Position numbers and translations under genes: made by a program
Assembly: GCA_040954595.2 (NCBI GenBank)
Contig: CM082584.2
Location: forward strand, 4,654,110-4,718,109
Direction: 5' to 3'
Source of the DNA: Balanoglossus misakiensis
Taxonomy: Eukaryota; Animalia; Hemichordata
DNA length: 64,000 nt
Shown here: positions 14,701 through 29,500 of the stretch, piece after piece
Layout: every line of letters begins with the position of its first letter
Numbering within the stretch: position 1 is the first letter of the stretch
The notes under the pieces: model-generated
What the model was told of the DNA's origin: nothing
Databases searched by the model: none
The model's input: only the letters and a program-made list of their open reading frames with translations

Positions 14701-16354
14701 GTGTCTTTCATTTTGTCGATAATGCATGCATTAAATTGAGTTTTTACTTAAGTAAGATAAATTTAGTTCAACTACAGTCTACAGTCTAATAATGAACTAC
14801 ATAAAGGCGGATATAAAAAAACTCAAAATTACTTCATTCCTATTTTTACAGTTCCTTGAATTCCCGATTCGTTTCCTGTTGGACAGTACATTTCACTTAA
14901 GCCCAGTCATTTCTGTGACTACACGGTTTTATGTCTCTTTGTTTCAAATTCATTGTAATATCCGTAAATGCAGCCTGTGTTATATGATTCTAAGCCACTC
15001 ACTGCCGATTTTAATCGAACTCTGTTATTTTACCCTGGTTTCTGTATATGTACCGTGCGTTCTTTTCCAACGTTCCTTTTCTGTTTACTTTTCTTCTCAT
15101 ATTCACTACGGGTGTTGACGATTATTACAATATATGTGTTAACCTACTTTATGAAATGAGCAATCTCCTAAATGGCAAAAAGTGGTAAAATCTAAAATGC
15201 AGGAGGGCATAATACTAGAATGAAATAGAATTTTCTAATGATAAACATTGATGCCGGCTGTCGCCTTTTGACGCAAATGGCGTTACAAACGCAACGGTTG
15301 CTTCAACAGCGGCTGGAAAGCAAATGCTCTCGCGAAACGTTATAAGAGCACTCAAAGGTAACGCTGATAACGGGATGAGTCTATTTAGTGGGCCCTGTAT
15401 TACCACGTCATTATGGAGATCAATAGATACGCCGGGTAATTTGGAGAATGCACAACTGAAAGAGAAATTCCATTGATGTCGATGATAACCACACTTTTAT
15501 TTCTTATCGTCCAGGAAATTTGGGTGATATCGTGTTGGTGAAACCCCTAGGTCAATAGTTATTAGCGTTCCCCTGTAAGGCATATTTAAATCTGAAATGC
15601 ACCATACGAATCCAGAAACGCAAAGGCTGGAATTCCTCGCCTCGTAGCGTATGAACAATATTATTCCGAGTATTGTGGTTTCAAAGTATACCGACGAACA
15701 GAGAGATTACATGTAAATATGTAAACATTTTCCCAACGGGACCTAAATAATGAAAAAAATATGTCAGTGAAACATTCGCTGTAAATTATCACTCAAATTG
15801 AACGCAGGAGTTGTGTAAATATACTTCAAGTAAATGAAATATTGACTAATTATCTTGAATTTCACTCAATCATATCGCTCAGGGAGCTCACGTCTCCATA
15901 AACCGACAATTGTAATACCATCGGTCATCATGTCTATATAACCTTTGACCTTTCAAGATCAATGCAGATGGGAAGACACTCGAAAAGCAATGTATAACAA
16001 CCAGAAAAAAATGTAACAGAAATTAAAACTATCTCTAGGTTTGTCGTCTCGAAGAATACACTGCGAGTTCAGACTAGACTGACTTATTGCAATTTCTCTC
16101 TAGCCGTCTAGCGAATGAAGCACTGTGTGTCACGTACGCAGCCATGTTTTACTTGTTTTCTATTAGCCTGTGATAGTTGAGTGTTTTGTTCGGAACATGC
16201 GTGGCTCCCCCAGGAAAGTATCCAAATACCGGCACTTTAAATATACATTACAACAGTGAAAATCCATGTGTATATATGTAACTGCTCCGTGGAAAGCAGT
16301 TTATACGTGTAATACCCACCAATGATCTGGTTGCATGCTGTTCTTTTCTTATTA

Positions 16355-16617
16355 GGCCAAATGAAAAAATACGTGCTGTTCCGATTACCCGACCTACCCT
16401 AATTTTAGCCCACCGACCCTAAACCGGAAGTAAAAAACCAATGTCAAATATACAAAATTTATGAAAATTGCGAGAATCAAGCAAGAACTATGACGTCATT
16501 CTTCTACACTACGGCGGCCAAAGATATAAAAAAATGCAAAATAAAAAAAAAATCCCTACCTACCTACCCTAATTTTGAAAACCATGTAATCGGAACAGCA
16601 CCTATTATTTTTTGGCC
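16355..16617. mobile_element. PIF/Harbinger-like MITE
   Basis: TIR GGCCAAA...GTGCTGTTCCGATTAC / GTAATCGGAACAGCAC...TTTGGCC; TTA TSD on both sides. Confidence 0.85.
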
Positions 16618-19600
16618 TTAGGACACATTCTAATCAGACAATTGTGTCCTTAGCATACTATAAATGATAACCTTGAGAATATAAATCCTAATATACTAGT
16701 ATGTTCACTTATATTTTGACAAAAGATATTTTCATTTGTATTACATTTGTATTACACGACAATCAATTCAACCTTTTGAACATACTATCATTGTTGAATA
16801 ATATACGTCGCTTAGTAGGGGCATGTGTTACCCAGACTTTATTCCAGATAATAAAAACAGGATTAATGTATTGTGACCCTTCTCGTTAAATATAACATAA
16901 AATATTGCGGATATTCTCCCCTTTTTTCTCGTTTAAGTACTGTCAACCATATAAATGATGATATATACCTTTGTGAGAAAAACTCTATATCAATCTCATC
17001 AATCATGTAGACAGGTAACTTAGAAATACTCTGACCTCGAACAAAAAAGGTATCAAATCTAATATAGAAATAATTATATACATGCAAATCGGAGTCAATG
17101 ATAGGTTCTTCAAAATGAAACTTTGTTAATGTGCTTAATATTTATAGTTTGAGACTCAAAATATTGAAATTACTCTCCGACATACGTGTTTTAAAGGATT
17201 TTGTAAGAGAAACAATTTGGAGCTTGCTATATAAGTCTCTCTCTCTCTCTATCTCTCTCTATCTCTATCTCTACGGGATTAAAGGATCTCCCATTTGTTA
17301 TAGGTTTGGAAAAAGAACAACGACAGGGTTAGTACTGTACGAAGTTATGGTGAACTGGTTCACCAATGTCAGCTAAATTTCGGATCCAATTGACAGGGAC
17401 AAAATGACAACGCCAACATATGCCATGGTAACTACAACATGCTCCATCTGACAACACACACATACAAAGTGCAGATGACGACCTTAGCGCCGCCGCGTCA
17501 CACACAATTGTGGACACACAAGCTGCATCCGTTGACTTTATTCAATTACCTCGTTACATACCAGAGGTTATTTGGAAACATCCTTTTTTAATTTGCAAAC
17601 ATCGTGAACAGTGGATCATCACATTATTTGTCACTGACCTGCTTGTTGTCGTAACAGGGACGTATGACAATGAATAGACGATTGACGTACATGGGAGTGT
17701 TTGTTTTGCGTATTACTAGTAAAATAGCGAGTCCAGGCACAATTACTTGACAAAGGCTGTATTACTCCGAATTCTTAGTATATTGTCGTCAAAACCGTGT
17801 TTCATATTTTTTTTAAAATCTTTTATTTCTTATTAGTTAATTTGTATATTTTGCCAATGTTACAATTTTAAGGAAATCTGAGAAATGCTGAGACGATGTT
17901 TTTAAGATATGTTTAGGTGGCTGACAATGAAACTGTGAAAAAAATGCCAATTAAAGACATGAACAATACACCCCTGTTAACGCAATCATTCAAAGTCAGT
18001 TTATAGGCTTTCATCGTCTTTGATATTTTGACTTGTCACATAAAAAAACATCAAAAAGAAACAGTGTATGTGGGAAAATGGTCATTTGGAATGGAATGAT
18101 ACACATCAAATTTATCCGCAATTTTGCTTAGATTGGATGTTTTCGTCGCCTGAGTTTTCAATGATTTTATCACTAAATACATTTTAATCCTGTTTGGAAA
18201 GTCCCTTCATGAATTATTTGAAGTGACTCACAAATGTTTAGATTAATGTTGCGTAGAAAAGAAATTCACCAGTATAGCAAACAGATGGAAATTTTGTGCA
18301 GAAGGGTGTTGACCGGGAGTCGTGCCCACATCACTCCGAACACATTTGCTCTACTAAATGAGCTAAGGGGTCAACTAGACTCCCTTATGACATACACGGA
18401 CTTCGTACAACGTTGGGGGAAGGTGAGCTACACTCAATATGTTACATGTCAACCTCAGTATTCAATGCTTGTGTAAACAAAGTTACACAGGAATCACTGC
18501 GTCAAAATGACAAGAATAAACAAATGCAAAACATTGAAGTGGTAAGTGAGCAAAGCAGAAATATAGCGCCATATTTTCACAAACATAATGACGTGTCTGT
18601 GCACACACAGCAATAACATAAGCCTTGAATGATTTCTAGTTTGACGAGTATCAAGCAATATTTATTGCTACGCTCTTTATCTCTGCCGATGTCTCTGAAT
18701 GTCGACAGTTGCCGAATGATATACTGCTTCTACGCTACATGCAATCGATACCAATTCGCCGTGTATACCTCTTTGCCTTGCTTGAGAAAGTCTACCGACT
18801 GTGGCCGACTTCGTATTTAAATCTCTTGTGCGATTTTACCTAAACACTTAAACAAAGTTCCAGTGGCACAGGAGATTAAGTGACGAAATCAAGAAAATTC
18901 AAAAATCGTCATTGTAACCCCGACATATACTATTATATAATTATCATTCCCATAATAATTATACATACGAGGTCAAGACTAAGAATAATTTTGTGGTTGC
19001 TGGGATTTCAGAAAAAAATGAATGAAAAGTATCTAAAAGCTCGTTTGTATGGAAAGTTCTGTTTCAAGCTGACAATTGTACGAAGTCCATGAATTGACAC
19101 TCCATAAAAACTTGTAAAGCCACATGGAGTGCCTTAACAATTACATGTTGAAACATATCCTATATCCATTATATTATGGGGCGATTGATCGCCTACCATA
19201 TGTCAATATTGTTTGACTAGTCTGCGTCCCCAATCATCACCTGTATTTCAATACACTTAATAATGTGTATGCATAAAATCTACATATGGTGTTCATGAAC
19301 ACCACATCCTCCTAAAAGATTACCCCTAGACTACAGTCTGAGTGTAATCTGTTTTTTTTAAAATGGGGTACGTGCTATCAAAAAGGTTTATGTAACATTT
19401 GTAATTCAGACCATCATTAGCATGATAATACATTTCTCTGCTGAATTCCCAGAAACAAATAGTATAAATGAAGTGTCTTTTTAGATCGATACAATCGGTG
19501 CCCTTTTAAGAAGAGAAATATATCTGGGTTTGTTCGGGTTGGGTTCTGGGCATGCAACTTTTCACAATATACCAAGCGCTTGGTGGCCATTTTAGACTGT

Positions 19601-20642
19601 ATTGCTAAACGAATTGACGTCTGCCATAGTACTTTTAACTGCGTAAAGTAGTTGATTGACTCACAAGGAAACATGCATGTAGTGACGTCATGATTCCAGC
19701 GACATCTTCATTCCAAACACATTTAAATGAAAATTGCCCCATTCACGAAATACCCTATCAAAGGTTTGCTGAGGTCAATATCTGGCTATCAATCTTTCAC
19801 AAGAAAATAGAGTCGACGAATATTATTTTCAAGGCTACAAAACCCAACTCTATTTTATACTGACTTTACGATTATTTGATTTGATATTTCTTCTGCGGTA
19901 ATCGGTTGACGTTTTGACATTCATGAAATGCGATATTGGTTCAATCTTCCGCCGACTTTACAAACAAATAGCCGTACAGTTTTACCAATAACAAATCGAT
20001 GTAGAAAGTGAGCAGTAATTTCAACTGAACACCATTCTCTGCGCCGAGTACTGACTTGAAATTTGATCATTTTCTGATTAAACGCATGAGCAGTCGTCAA
20101 AGGAAAATAGCTTCAGCGTTGTTTCGTTTCTTGAATGACGATTTACAGCGTACGGCGAGCTCGTGTCAATGGCTTTATAGTGCCACTTGACTGGCAATTC
20201 GACGCCATTCTTGAGAGCCCCATTAGCTCTAACTTTGGCGATTTCTACAGCATTTTGTGTTCTGTGTATCAACTTCACTTTTGATCTACGCCCAATACGT
20301 GTGCGTCACGTCCGGACTTGAATTCAGTGTTTCAGCAATAATGATGCTCATTGTACACGCTAGGAACCGCGTTGATAAGCTGAAGGGAAGATACATGTAT
20401 TTCGTATAGCTGCTTGAAGTCGAACAAGAATCTGCAATACTTTTCTAATGATTGAATGCAATCACTATAGGTGGTACATATATCGCCGCAGCTAAATGGT
20501 TGGAAGTGATGGTTTACTGATAAGTAAACTGTTCAGGCACTTAGTGGTAAATGGATGGCCGCAACACCTGGAAAATTAAAGACAGTACAATGCAGTGGTA
20601 CAATTCATATCTCAGTGAGTTGATCAGTCTTTATGTCACATT

Positions 20643-21189
20643 TAGACTGTCGACAGTCCCTCGCGCCTAATGTGTATCGATTCGGCGTTTCGAGCGAGGG
20701 CCGTAAGGCCCGATTCGGCGTTTCGTGGTGCGATGGCCGTAAGGCCGGAGGGCGTGGCCCGAGGGACTGTTATACCTTGTTTCGCCCTCACACGGGCACT
20801 GTGGGAAAATGCCCCTGTAAAATGATTGACAGTTAATATACGTCATAAACTCATTGACCAACGGCAAAGATGTTTTTGTTGCGTCGCCAACGGGCAGTGG
20901 GAAATTTGGCTTATGAAATCGCACCTTTTCTCTTGGACAGAATCGGCGAATTTACCGAGGAACCGTCATCGATAGTTTTGGTTGTTTCGCCGCTGATTTA
21001 CGCCCCCTTATGCAAATTTTACCACGTCATTTTCTGCATGCATAATTAATATCAAGGCAAGGCTTGCAAGCTATAACAGTCCCTCGGGCCTTACGGCCCT
21101 CGCACCACGAAACGCCGAATCGGGCCTTCGGCCCTCGCACGAAACGCCGTATCAATACACATTAGGCGCGAGGGACTGTCGACAGTCTA
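20643..21189. mobile_element. Non-autonomous AcademH-like DNA transposon with RecQ helicase fragment
   Basis: TAG...CTA termini, long TIRs (TAGACTGTCGACAGTCCCTCGCGCCTAATGTGT...), and a perfect 9-bp TSD TGTCACATT (20634-20642, 21190-21198). Internal 20842-20998 encodes GKDVFVASPTGSGK / LAYEIAP...IVLVVSPLI with one frameshift. Confidence 0.85.
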
Positions 21190-22354
21190 TGTCACATTGT
21201 GTTTCGACCAAAACACATGGTAATAGGGATTTAGAATTGCTTCTCTGGTTTATGAAAAGCTCTACCTCGATTTCTATTCCGTCTTTGCGAACTTAAACTG
21301 AAGATACATCAGTTTAAACTTAGGTCCTTGCCTTTTAAGATGGTATGTTCTTAAACTTGACCTCATAATTTACTTAAACTTAAGAATCACATCTTTTCAG
21401 TTGGTGGGAAAGCACGCCACTACATGCTTATGCGAGGACTCAGTTTGACCGTCTATAGGCATATGTAAATTAGAGGTTAATGTATACCTAAAGCATGAGA
21501 AGATATTGGAATAGAAAATGTCAGATCAGAATTTAACGCAAGTGACTTCTAGCATTTCCTCCAAAAATCATAGGTGCAGCGAAAGTGCATTCTGCCATCA
21601 AAGTCGACATTCATAAATTGCAAACTGATTTTTTATAGATGTGATATGATGAGTAGTCTCGTGATGATGAACACAAATCTCGTATATACACCAAATGGTT
21701 TGCGGAAAATATCTAGGGAGATTGGAAATGTACCACTTATCGGTGTTTGTTCTTTTCTTGATTTACGTAATATTCCATAGATGTATTTTGTAGTAATAAA
21801 GTACCGTTATCGTTTGATAGAATTCAATTGGGACACGCCAAAATTGATAAGACACAAATCACTAATCTTCCATCCAAACCTTAAAATCATTACTAGTTCG
21901 ACATGTTGTGTAAATGAATAGTCTACTGACAATGCATGTATTCGCCGATTTCGAATGTTCAGATACATCGCGGAAATTCTACGTCTTCTGCTTACTTCGA
22001 CTCGAAACAGTGTTATGGTAACGCCAAGAAAATAATTAAATATGCACACATATTGCAATAAAAGTCAGCCCTTACTAAATGTAGGGCAATGTACGTTAAC
22101 GTTTGTGAGGTGCTGTGAACATGTCATCGATTGCAGCAATGCATGTATGCATGCAATAACTATTCGTAGCAGACTTGATCATGGCGTATAATTGTCGGAG
22201 ATAGTTTACCAGATCGCTTGCTCTACGTAGAATAAGCCATTAATATACAAGCAAGCTCTCCCCATCTCCAACGTACCTGTATATATGCAACTAAATCAGC
22301 GTTAATTATCACCGTTTTGACAGATAAGAGACGAAGCCAGAAAGCATACCACTG

Positions 22355-22511
22355 GGCCAAATAAAAAATATGTGCTGTTCCGATTACATGGTTTAAAAAA
22401 AATAGGGTAGGTAGGTAGCGAATTTCTTTATTTTGCAATTTTTTATATCATTGGCCGCCGTAGTGTAGAAGAATGACGTCATAGTTCTTGCGTGATTCTC
22501 GCAATTTTCAT
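22355..22511 (-). mobile_element. Truncated inverted copy of the 16355-16617 MITE family
   Basis: Reverse complement of about 16460-16617 (ggccgccgtagtgtagaagaatgacgtcatagttcttg). Confidence 0.85.
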
Positions 22512-23640
22512 ATAAAAGTGCATGGAGTATAGAAATCAAAAGACCTAGCTACAAATTAAAGACTTGAAATTGGATGAAGGAATTACCGAAAATTACGTTC
22601 ATCGGAAAGTACGGGTGATCAAGAGTGTCTGCTTCATTCCACTGAAACGATAAAAATACAGTCTGGTGACTGTTTCCCGCCAAGAATGTCAGATAGAGCT
22701 GTGGGTAATCTGCCTTATCGAAGTCAATAATTGTATAAATCATTGTTAATGGGTTTCTAATTGTTCTCACGGGAACACTGATGAGGGGGGAGGGGGGGGG
22801 GGCAGCCGCGCTTAGAAATTTGTCAGGGGTCTCGATCCAGACAAGACCAGACCAGACCAGACCTTAGAAAATGGTAAACGGCCAAGATTCTCGAGTCTTC
22901 CCGCTACTCTAGTCTGCCTGCCTGCCTTTATCATGTTGCATCAACCCAGCAGGCCGCAAAACGCTGCAAGTACGAAGAAGAAGAGTACGCCATTCTACAT
23001 CTATACGGTTTGGAATGCATTAGCCCGATTAAGATTTATCATAGATGAGACAATTTCAGAATGCTCAGTGTCATATGGTCCGCTGTGGCAAAATGGCGGA
23101 TAGCATTGTCAAAGTTGATGATGAAAACCATTTATTCACCTGTGTGTGTGACGCCTAGTGCCAGCACGCACGAAGAATGCATCGGGGAATATGAAGGCCG
23201 CTGCGACCAGATTTCGAAATGATGGAGCTTTGTGTGCCAATTTGTCAGTCGGCTTCTCTGTCTCTATTGCAGACGAATCCCTTGAAATTGGCGATATGCA
23301 CGGTTGCTGCAGCTACTGGGAGAAAGACGATTTTGGAGCAGAAAAAAATTGTATTTTCACGGAGAACAAAACAAACCGTTAGTTGTAATAACATGCCTCA
23401 GCTTTTACTGAAAGCCATATTTTTGTCAGAAGTCATGTGGTCATTTAGGTGAGAGAACAAGAAAGTCGTGCCAGGTAGACAGGAATGAAGTCATAAATAT
23501 TAAGCTGAAAGCAGTTATTTCTGATAGAAATGTTCAAGCTTTGACGTCAGTTGCCACAACTGGAATCTGACTATTACTGTTTACCCAACCGTGAAGTGAA
23601 AAATGAAAAATGTTGCTAAAAGTTGAATTCCTGCCCATGT

Positions 23641-23860
23641 GGTGGAATCGCCATAGGAACAGACTAGACAGTGTCGATATGTTGATTCTATGTGGTGGTA
23701 ACACAATTGGATATATGTGGAACCTGTATGGTGGCATCACCATGGGGACAACCATTTTCGATGTGTGGAGTCTACGTGTGGGGGTAACACCATTGGATGT
23801 GTGGACCATATGTGCTGGCATCACCATGGAGATAGACTCTGTCGATGTGTGGACCCTATG
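23641..23860. repeat. Degenerate minisatellite, about 85-bp unit, about 2.5 copies
   Basis: Recurring ggcatcaccatgg...tcgatgtgtgga...ggtaacac.attggat blocks. Confidence 0.65.
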
Positions 23861-26495
23861 ACCATATGCAGATAGCATTCATCCAGTGGAGGTCAAGGAC
23901 GCAGAACGCAAACGCGTACTAATAGCACAGATGGACAAGGTACTGATTCAGACTGCGTTTAATAAAACAATGACAATATCCCAAAGGTACTGGTACTATG
24001 CCACATAATTTCGGGTTAAGGGTAGCCATAGAAAGGTACAATGGATATAACATATGAATTGACTTTTTGAAATTGGATTGCGCTTTCACGATGACAACCG
24101 TACCCAATGAAATGTGCAAATAGCATGTTCATTAAAACTTAAATTTCCCTCAACATTTGCACAAGTCGTCTTCGTATTCATTGTTGTAATAATTTCAACG
24201 GCGTATTTACTGTTCAATGAATTTATCAGCATGGAGGATTATTTTTAAAAGCCAGAGAATCTCTAGATCTGATTAGTATAAAACTGTGAGATGGCCTGGT
24301 TGCTTGTTTTCTTGTTGATTCAACTGTTGTGGGACCCTGAAACACAAAGAGACGGAGTCGAGTAAAAAGCTTTCATTTTGCGCTTTGAAAAGTGCCAGTG
24401 GTAGTTAAATCGCTTCAAAATCAAAAATCTAATCGACATTCGATATTTTTTAATAATAATGCACAAACTGTTACGCAAAGGAATTATTTTGTTTATTAAA
24501 ATCCCAAATACTTTACGGTGATTACGAACGAATTACATCGTGATCATTTTATCGGACGGCAATAAAAACGTCACCATGTGACCTCAAGGTGCAGATATTG
24601 ACGTCATGGTGTTGATATGGACACCATATTCGATAGGCGACAAACTGTGCACTATATGATGACGTACGAGTTTCGTCAATAAATGTCAAACTGCTCATTA
24701 CTGCAATTTATTTACTAAAAAACATTTCCTGGCAACAGCGTTTGTTCGTTCTTAAGAACATTTTATGATATATTATGGAATCCAATTGTTAAGAGTGTGA
24801 ACTTTTTTACTGCACTTACAAATTGGAGTTATAATGTATTGAAGCTCGGCTCTCATTTGAAAGCCGTAGCTATGGGTTTTAAAATGTTAGAATATACTGT
24901 GAGTGTTGATGTTTCCAACCGACAATATTTACATGTGACGCGTATAAAACAGCTTATTCGTCAAACTGCTTCACCCATTTCTAACAATACATGCTCTACA
25001 ACTAACTCCAGATTAAGGTTAAACGGGTGGCCCCCAAAGACTCACTATCACTGTATAAGCTTTAAATAACAATGACGTGCTAGCACATGTGTTCTGGAAA
25101 CATTACAGCAATAGAGAAATAGATAAACCAGCCAAACATGTATGTCCTGCAAAAGAACATTCCGTGGAGAACAGTGATACCTGGATTTGAATGAAAGATT
25201 TCAACATTTCGCTCGTTTCAATTCTTCGCTACATTAAAATGTGTAAGGGGTCTTTTTGAAAACAAAGAACAAAACAGAGTGTTCACCTTCTTGTTGTTGT
25301 TTTTTTAGAAAAATCACAAATTTAATTTTTCTTCACAGACAACCTATGTAACCGAAAAATTAAAACCCTGGCTACTTCATCAGGTTGTAAGCCCCGCCGA
25401 CCAAAATCTAAGCAGTTGTTTCCATTCTGATTCTGAACCTGTGTATTAAGTTTGACTTGAATCCATTCAGTCGTTCTTGAGGTATCGTGTAAACAGTCAT
25501 ACAAACCCACACAGACACACACACAGACATACACACACAAACTGAGAGAAATCGGTACGACATAGTTCACGTGTGCGTATACACGTGAGCTAAAAATCCG
25601 TGAAGTGAAGACCTATTCCTAAATTACAATGACACATTCCGTAACCACTGGGGCATATCCGATTCCCATGTTGGATTCATCATTTGCGCACACCTATATA
25701 AATACTAACATGGTTTCCACGACAACAGCCGCTCATAGCCACACGCCATTGATCCGACGGCAGACAGCGTGATCCCTGTAACTGGAAAGAAATTGTCGGT
25801 CTGCAAAAGTAACCTAGCTGGGAATTCAGTACCCGGCGATCGTACTTAAGCCGACAGGTAATTTTCATTAGACAATACACGGTGACCGTGGGACTATATT
25901 ACCACACTCAAATAACCTATACCGATTTGACCTAATCCCATCTGACCTATATACTTAACTCCTTGTGTCGCATTGAAGTTTGCTATAAAATGACTGGGCT
26001 TAGGTATTAAGTTCAGCATTTTATGTCTCTGACCTTTCACTGAGAATTAGGTAGAAATCGAAGAATTTACAGTTAATATAAAACAAGCTGATTAGAAAGT
26101 CGTCTTCTGGACAGCCTTTATTGTACTGTTCTTATTAACAACCGATAGCTTGAATTTCGATTAGATTAATTTGACTTGTTCGTTCAGGCAACACCGAACG
26201 GAGGTAATGTTTTCATTATCAAACACCATTGAGACGTGTCCTCAACAGTTTTTATCAGCTTTCAGTAAATAATCGCATTAATTAAGAGGACCGCGATTAA
26301 ATAGTCGTGCTATGCTGCATGCATACACTAAATGAAACCTACTTTCGGTTAACAGAAAATACAATGATTCAGTCAAGAACACCACCCACTTTTACATGTA
26401 GTTGGTGGCTACATCCAACATCTGCACAGTCAGCGAAGTCAACGTATTGCAAGTATACAATCATTTTATACAATACTTAATTTATGCATACTTAA

Positions 26496-26590
26496 AGGTA
26501 TACGATCACCTGTGCAAATAGAGCTACAATTACCATGGCAAATTTAGATCTGGCCAATCACAGATTTTCAGTGGATGGCACTCGCGAAAA
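26496..26590 (+). mobile_element. 5' end of a longer member of the same Kolobok-like family (right end not identified)
   Basis: TTAA|AGGTATACGATCACCT...CCAATCACAGATTTTCAGTGG...CGCGAAAA matches 52392-52486. Confidence 0.7.
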
Positions 26591-29500
26591 AAAAGAAAAT
26601 GATCTTAACTAAAATTTCTCACCAAATTGCGATTTTTCCATTTCGGTGTTTTGAGGGTTACTGTGATCTATGCTGTTACGACACACCCTGTTAAGTTCCT
26701 TGGGGTAGCTTTAATTTTTCTTTGCATAACAAAAGGCCCTAAACAGTTCAACTAGTTCATTTAAATATTAGTTAACCAGATGGTCACCCATATAAAATGC
26801 ATTCTCACAAAAACCACGAGGAACACTTCTCAACACTGCCTGGGAGGAGCACGTCACTCCACATCGCCTTGGGAATTTGGAATCTAACTAGCTATGGCTG
26901 GTCTGGACTTCATGAGCAATGGACTTTCTGTGAGCAACGGACTAGTGTGAGCAACTGGCTTATGTGCCTTGGTGAAGCTTGAGTTCGGCCAGGACTTTTG
27001 TGGACTCAATAGTAACTCCTCGACCAAGCAGGGTAAAAACACATAGAACAGTTTTTTCTGTGAGACCTTTTGATTTCAGAAAGCTAATTGTTCAATTAAA
27101 TATTCTGTTGTTGAACTACAAACTCCATTGTGTGCTCCCGGTTTTTTCTACCGTAACAATGCACTTCAGTTTGCAAGAGTCTTAATTGTAGGTTTAAAAG
27201 TCGCGAAAACGCACAAACTGTCAGTCATAGTCCAGCGTGGTTGAATTACAAAAATCAACGTCATTTATCAAGACTTTGATGAAAAATGAATATAAAGCAA
27301 CAAGTATGTGAGACCCATCCAGCTGCAGTCATATGAATTGGGTGAAGTGGATGTATGGCAAATCCTTCTAGCTGTCATATTAATCGGGTGACATATATTG
27401 TTGTTGTAATCTAAACCACAGACATCAATCTATGTATCATTGAAAAATATTGGCAGTTAATGCTCTTTTTTATAATATGCACAAAGTACTTTGACATTAA
27501 TAAGATTCTAATTGATTATTTGAGATGGTATAGTCGCCCACAACCTCCCTTCCCAACTGGGTTAGCCACTTACAGCGTGTTTACTTCACGTAGGCTGAAT
27601 TCCGGTTTACAATTCAACGTTTCTTACTGAGAATAAATTCGTGACTTCCAATATCTGATGTAGTTGTGTCTATCTAGTTGTGTCTTCACGCTTCTTGGTG
27701 GCAAAGGCCAAATGGTGCGTCTCTTTTACAACTACCCTCTTTCAAGTAACACTTCCATTGCGGCACGTTACACATTTTTACGGTCACGTGTGTATTCCTG
27801 GTTGATTTCATGACGGGAAATATTTGCTTGAGAGATATTAGTCAATGAAGCTTATGGGCTTCGCGGGGAATGTCAGAAGATCGTGTCGAGGTGGAATGAA
27901 TGTTAATGGCGTCCAAGAAGCAACGTGAGGTAGACGAATGACCAAACGACACCCAATGAACGACAGCTGCTCACTCTCCCAACAGAGCGTGCCAAGAGAC
28001 AAAGTTATACAATATGCATTGTTTCCAACATCTGGTCAAAATAATGATCTATCTGTAGTACGCGTGTCGAGCGGGATATCATTAACAGAATTTTAAATCG
28101 AAACAGACGTCGTCATCAATCATTCTGAGAATGTTACGCTCAACAAAGTAGCCCTCTCGGGCCAGTTTTATTTGTCGTGCGCATACCAATCTTTAGATGG
28201 CGTTCGCCGCTGTGTGTAATATTCGGATGCAAACGGTATACACTATTATGTTTTCCCCGCATTAAGGGGTGAACCATTTGACAAATTGTTGTACCCCAGC
28301 CTCCACCTTGCAGACGCCAAGGATATCACCTTCTAAGAACTTCCCGAGTTCAATTCTTGATCCATTATGTGTGAATGCATAAACTCGACTGTATACTCAG
28401 ATGTATACCCATTCCTCTAAACGTGAAAACTTGCTGACCAACGAATTCGTATTCGATAAACACATTTACGTTTATTGAAAAAAATACAAAATGTGTGTTG
28501 ATTTCATAGAGTTTATGACACTGAAGAAATTATATGTTAGTCTCACGTTTAACATTAGAAAAATCATTTGTCTAAAAGCTTTCACACGACACAGCCTTAT
28601 TAGTTTCGATGACGGCTATAGCTGTAGTCGACATCTTTCCCATCATTTGAGCGATCCCACACGAATTCAGGTCAACGTATTGACAATGAAATGTCTTTAC
28701 TTACCTTTGATTTACTGGTAAAATTAGAGACCTAGCAAGCTCAGGTACTAAAGCTGATTTGATTACAGCGAATAAAGACTTCGTCAGTCACAATCACCTT
28801 CTAATTTCAAGGCTATTCATGATTTTACAACCCGGCGATTTAAGTAGGAAGGGGGTGGTATGTACGGAGTAGAGTACAAGTGCACTTTCTCCTTTCGGAA
28901 AACCATCAATATCAATTCCTCGACAAGTTAATTAAATAAGTGCATTAGATTCCAGATTAAGAACATTTAAAGGGCAGGCGTAGTGTTCTTGTTTAAAAAA
29001 AATCATTGTTTTAATTTATTTTGTTACGGTGCATTGTTAGCCAGGCGTGTACCTTCTGAAATGCCTATGGGATACTGTGACCTATTTCACTGTTCTCTGT
29101 CACACAAACTTCTGCACTACAACTAGTACAACTTAATTAAGCCTTGAACTTGGCACTAGTGACGCATTTCAACACAGATGTTAAAAGTTTCGCATGGCCC
29201 ATTTCGACTCGTTTCTGTAATAATAATAGCATTGGGTATATGTATATATAACATTACATTTCAATGTTTTGCAAAGAACGCGCTATATACAGTATGCACC
29301 TTCACATTGCATATAGACAGTTCCATTGATTGATAAAAATAGTCGTACACGGTAAAGATCGATGCCTGCTGATTTTTGTCTGCCAATTAATGGCGGCTGC
29401 TGATATTTCTATACGTACGTGTAGACAGTCTGCATGGCCGTACAAACAACAAAGTATTTACCAAGCAACATATGGCATACTTCTTTTGGTGTGTACACAT

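Noticed and set aside
23534-23878. Pro/His/Met-rich ORF and its antisense ORF
   Set aside because: Explained by a degenerate minisatellite; no splice or domain support.
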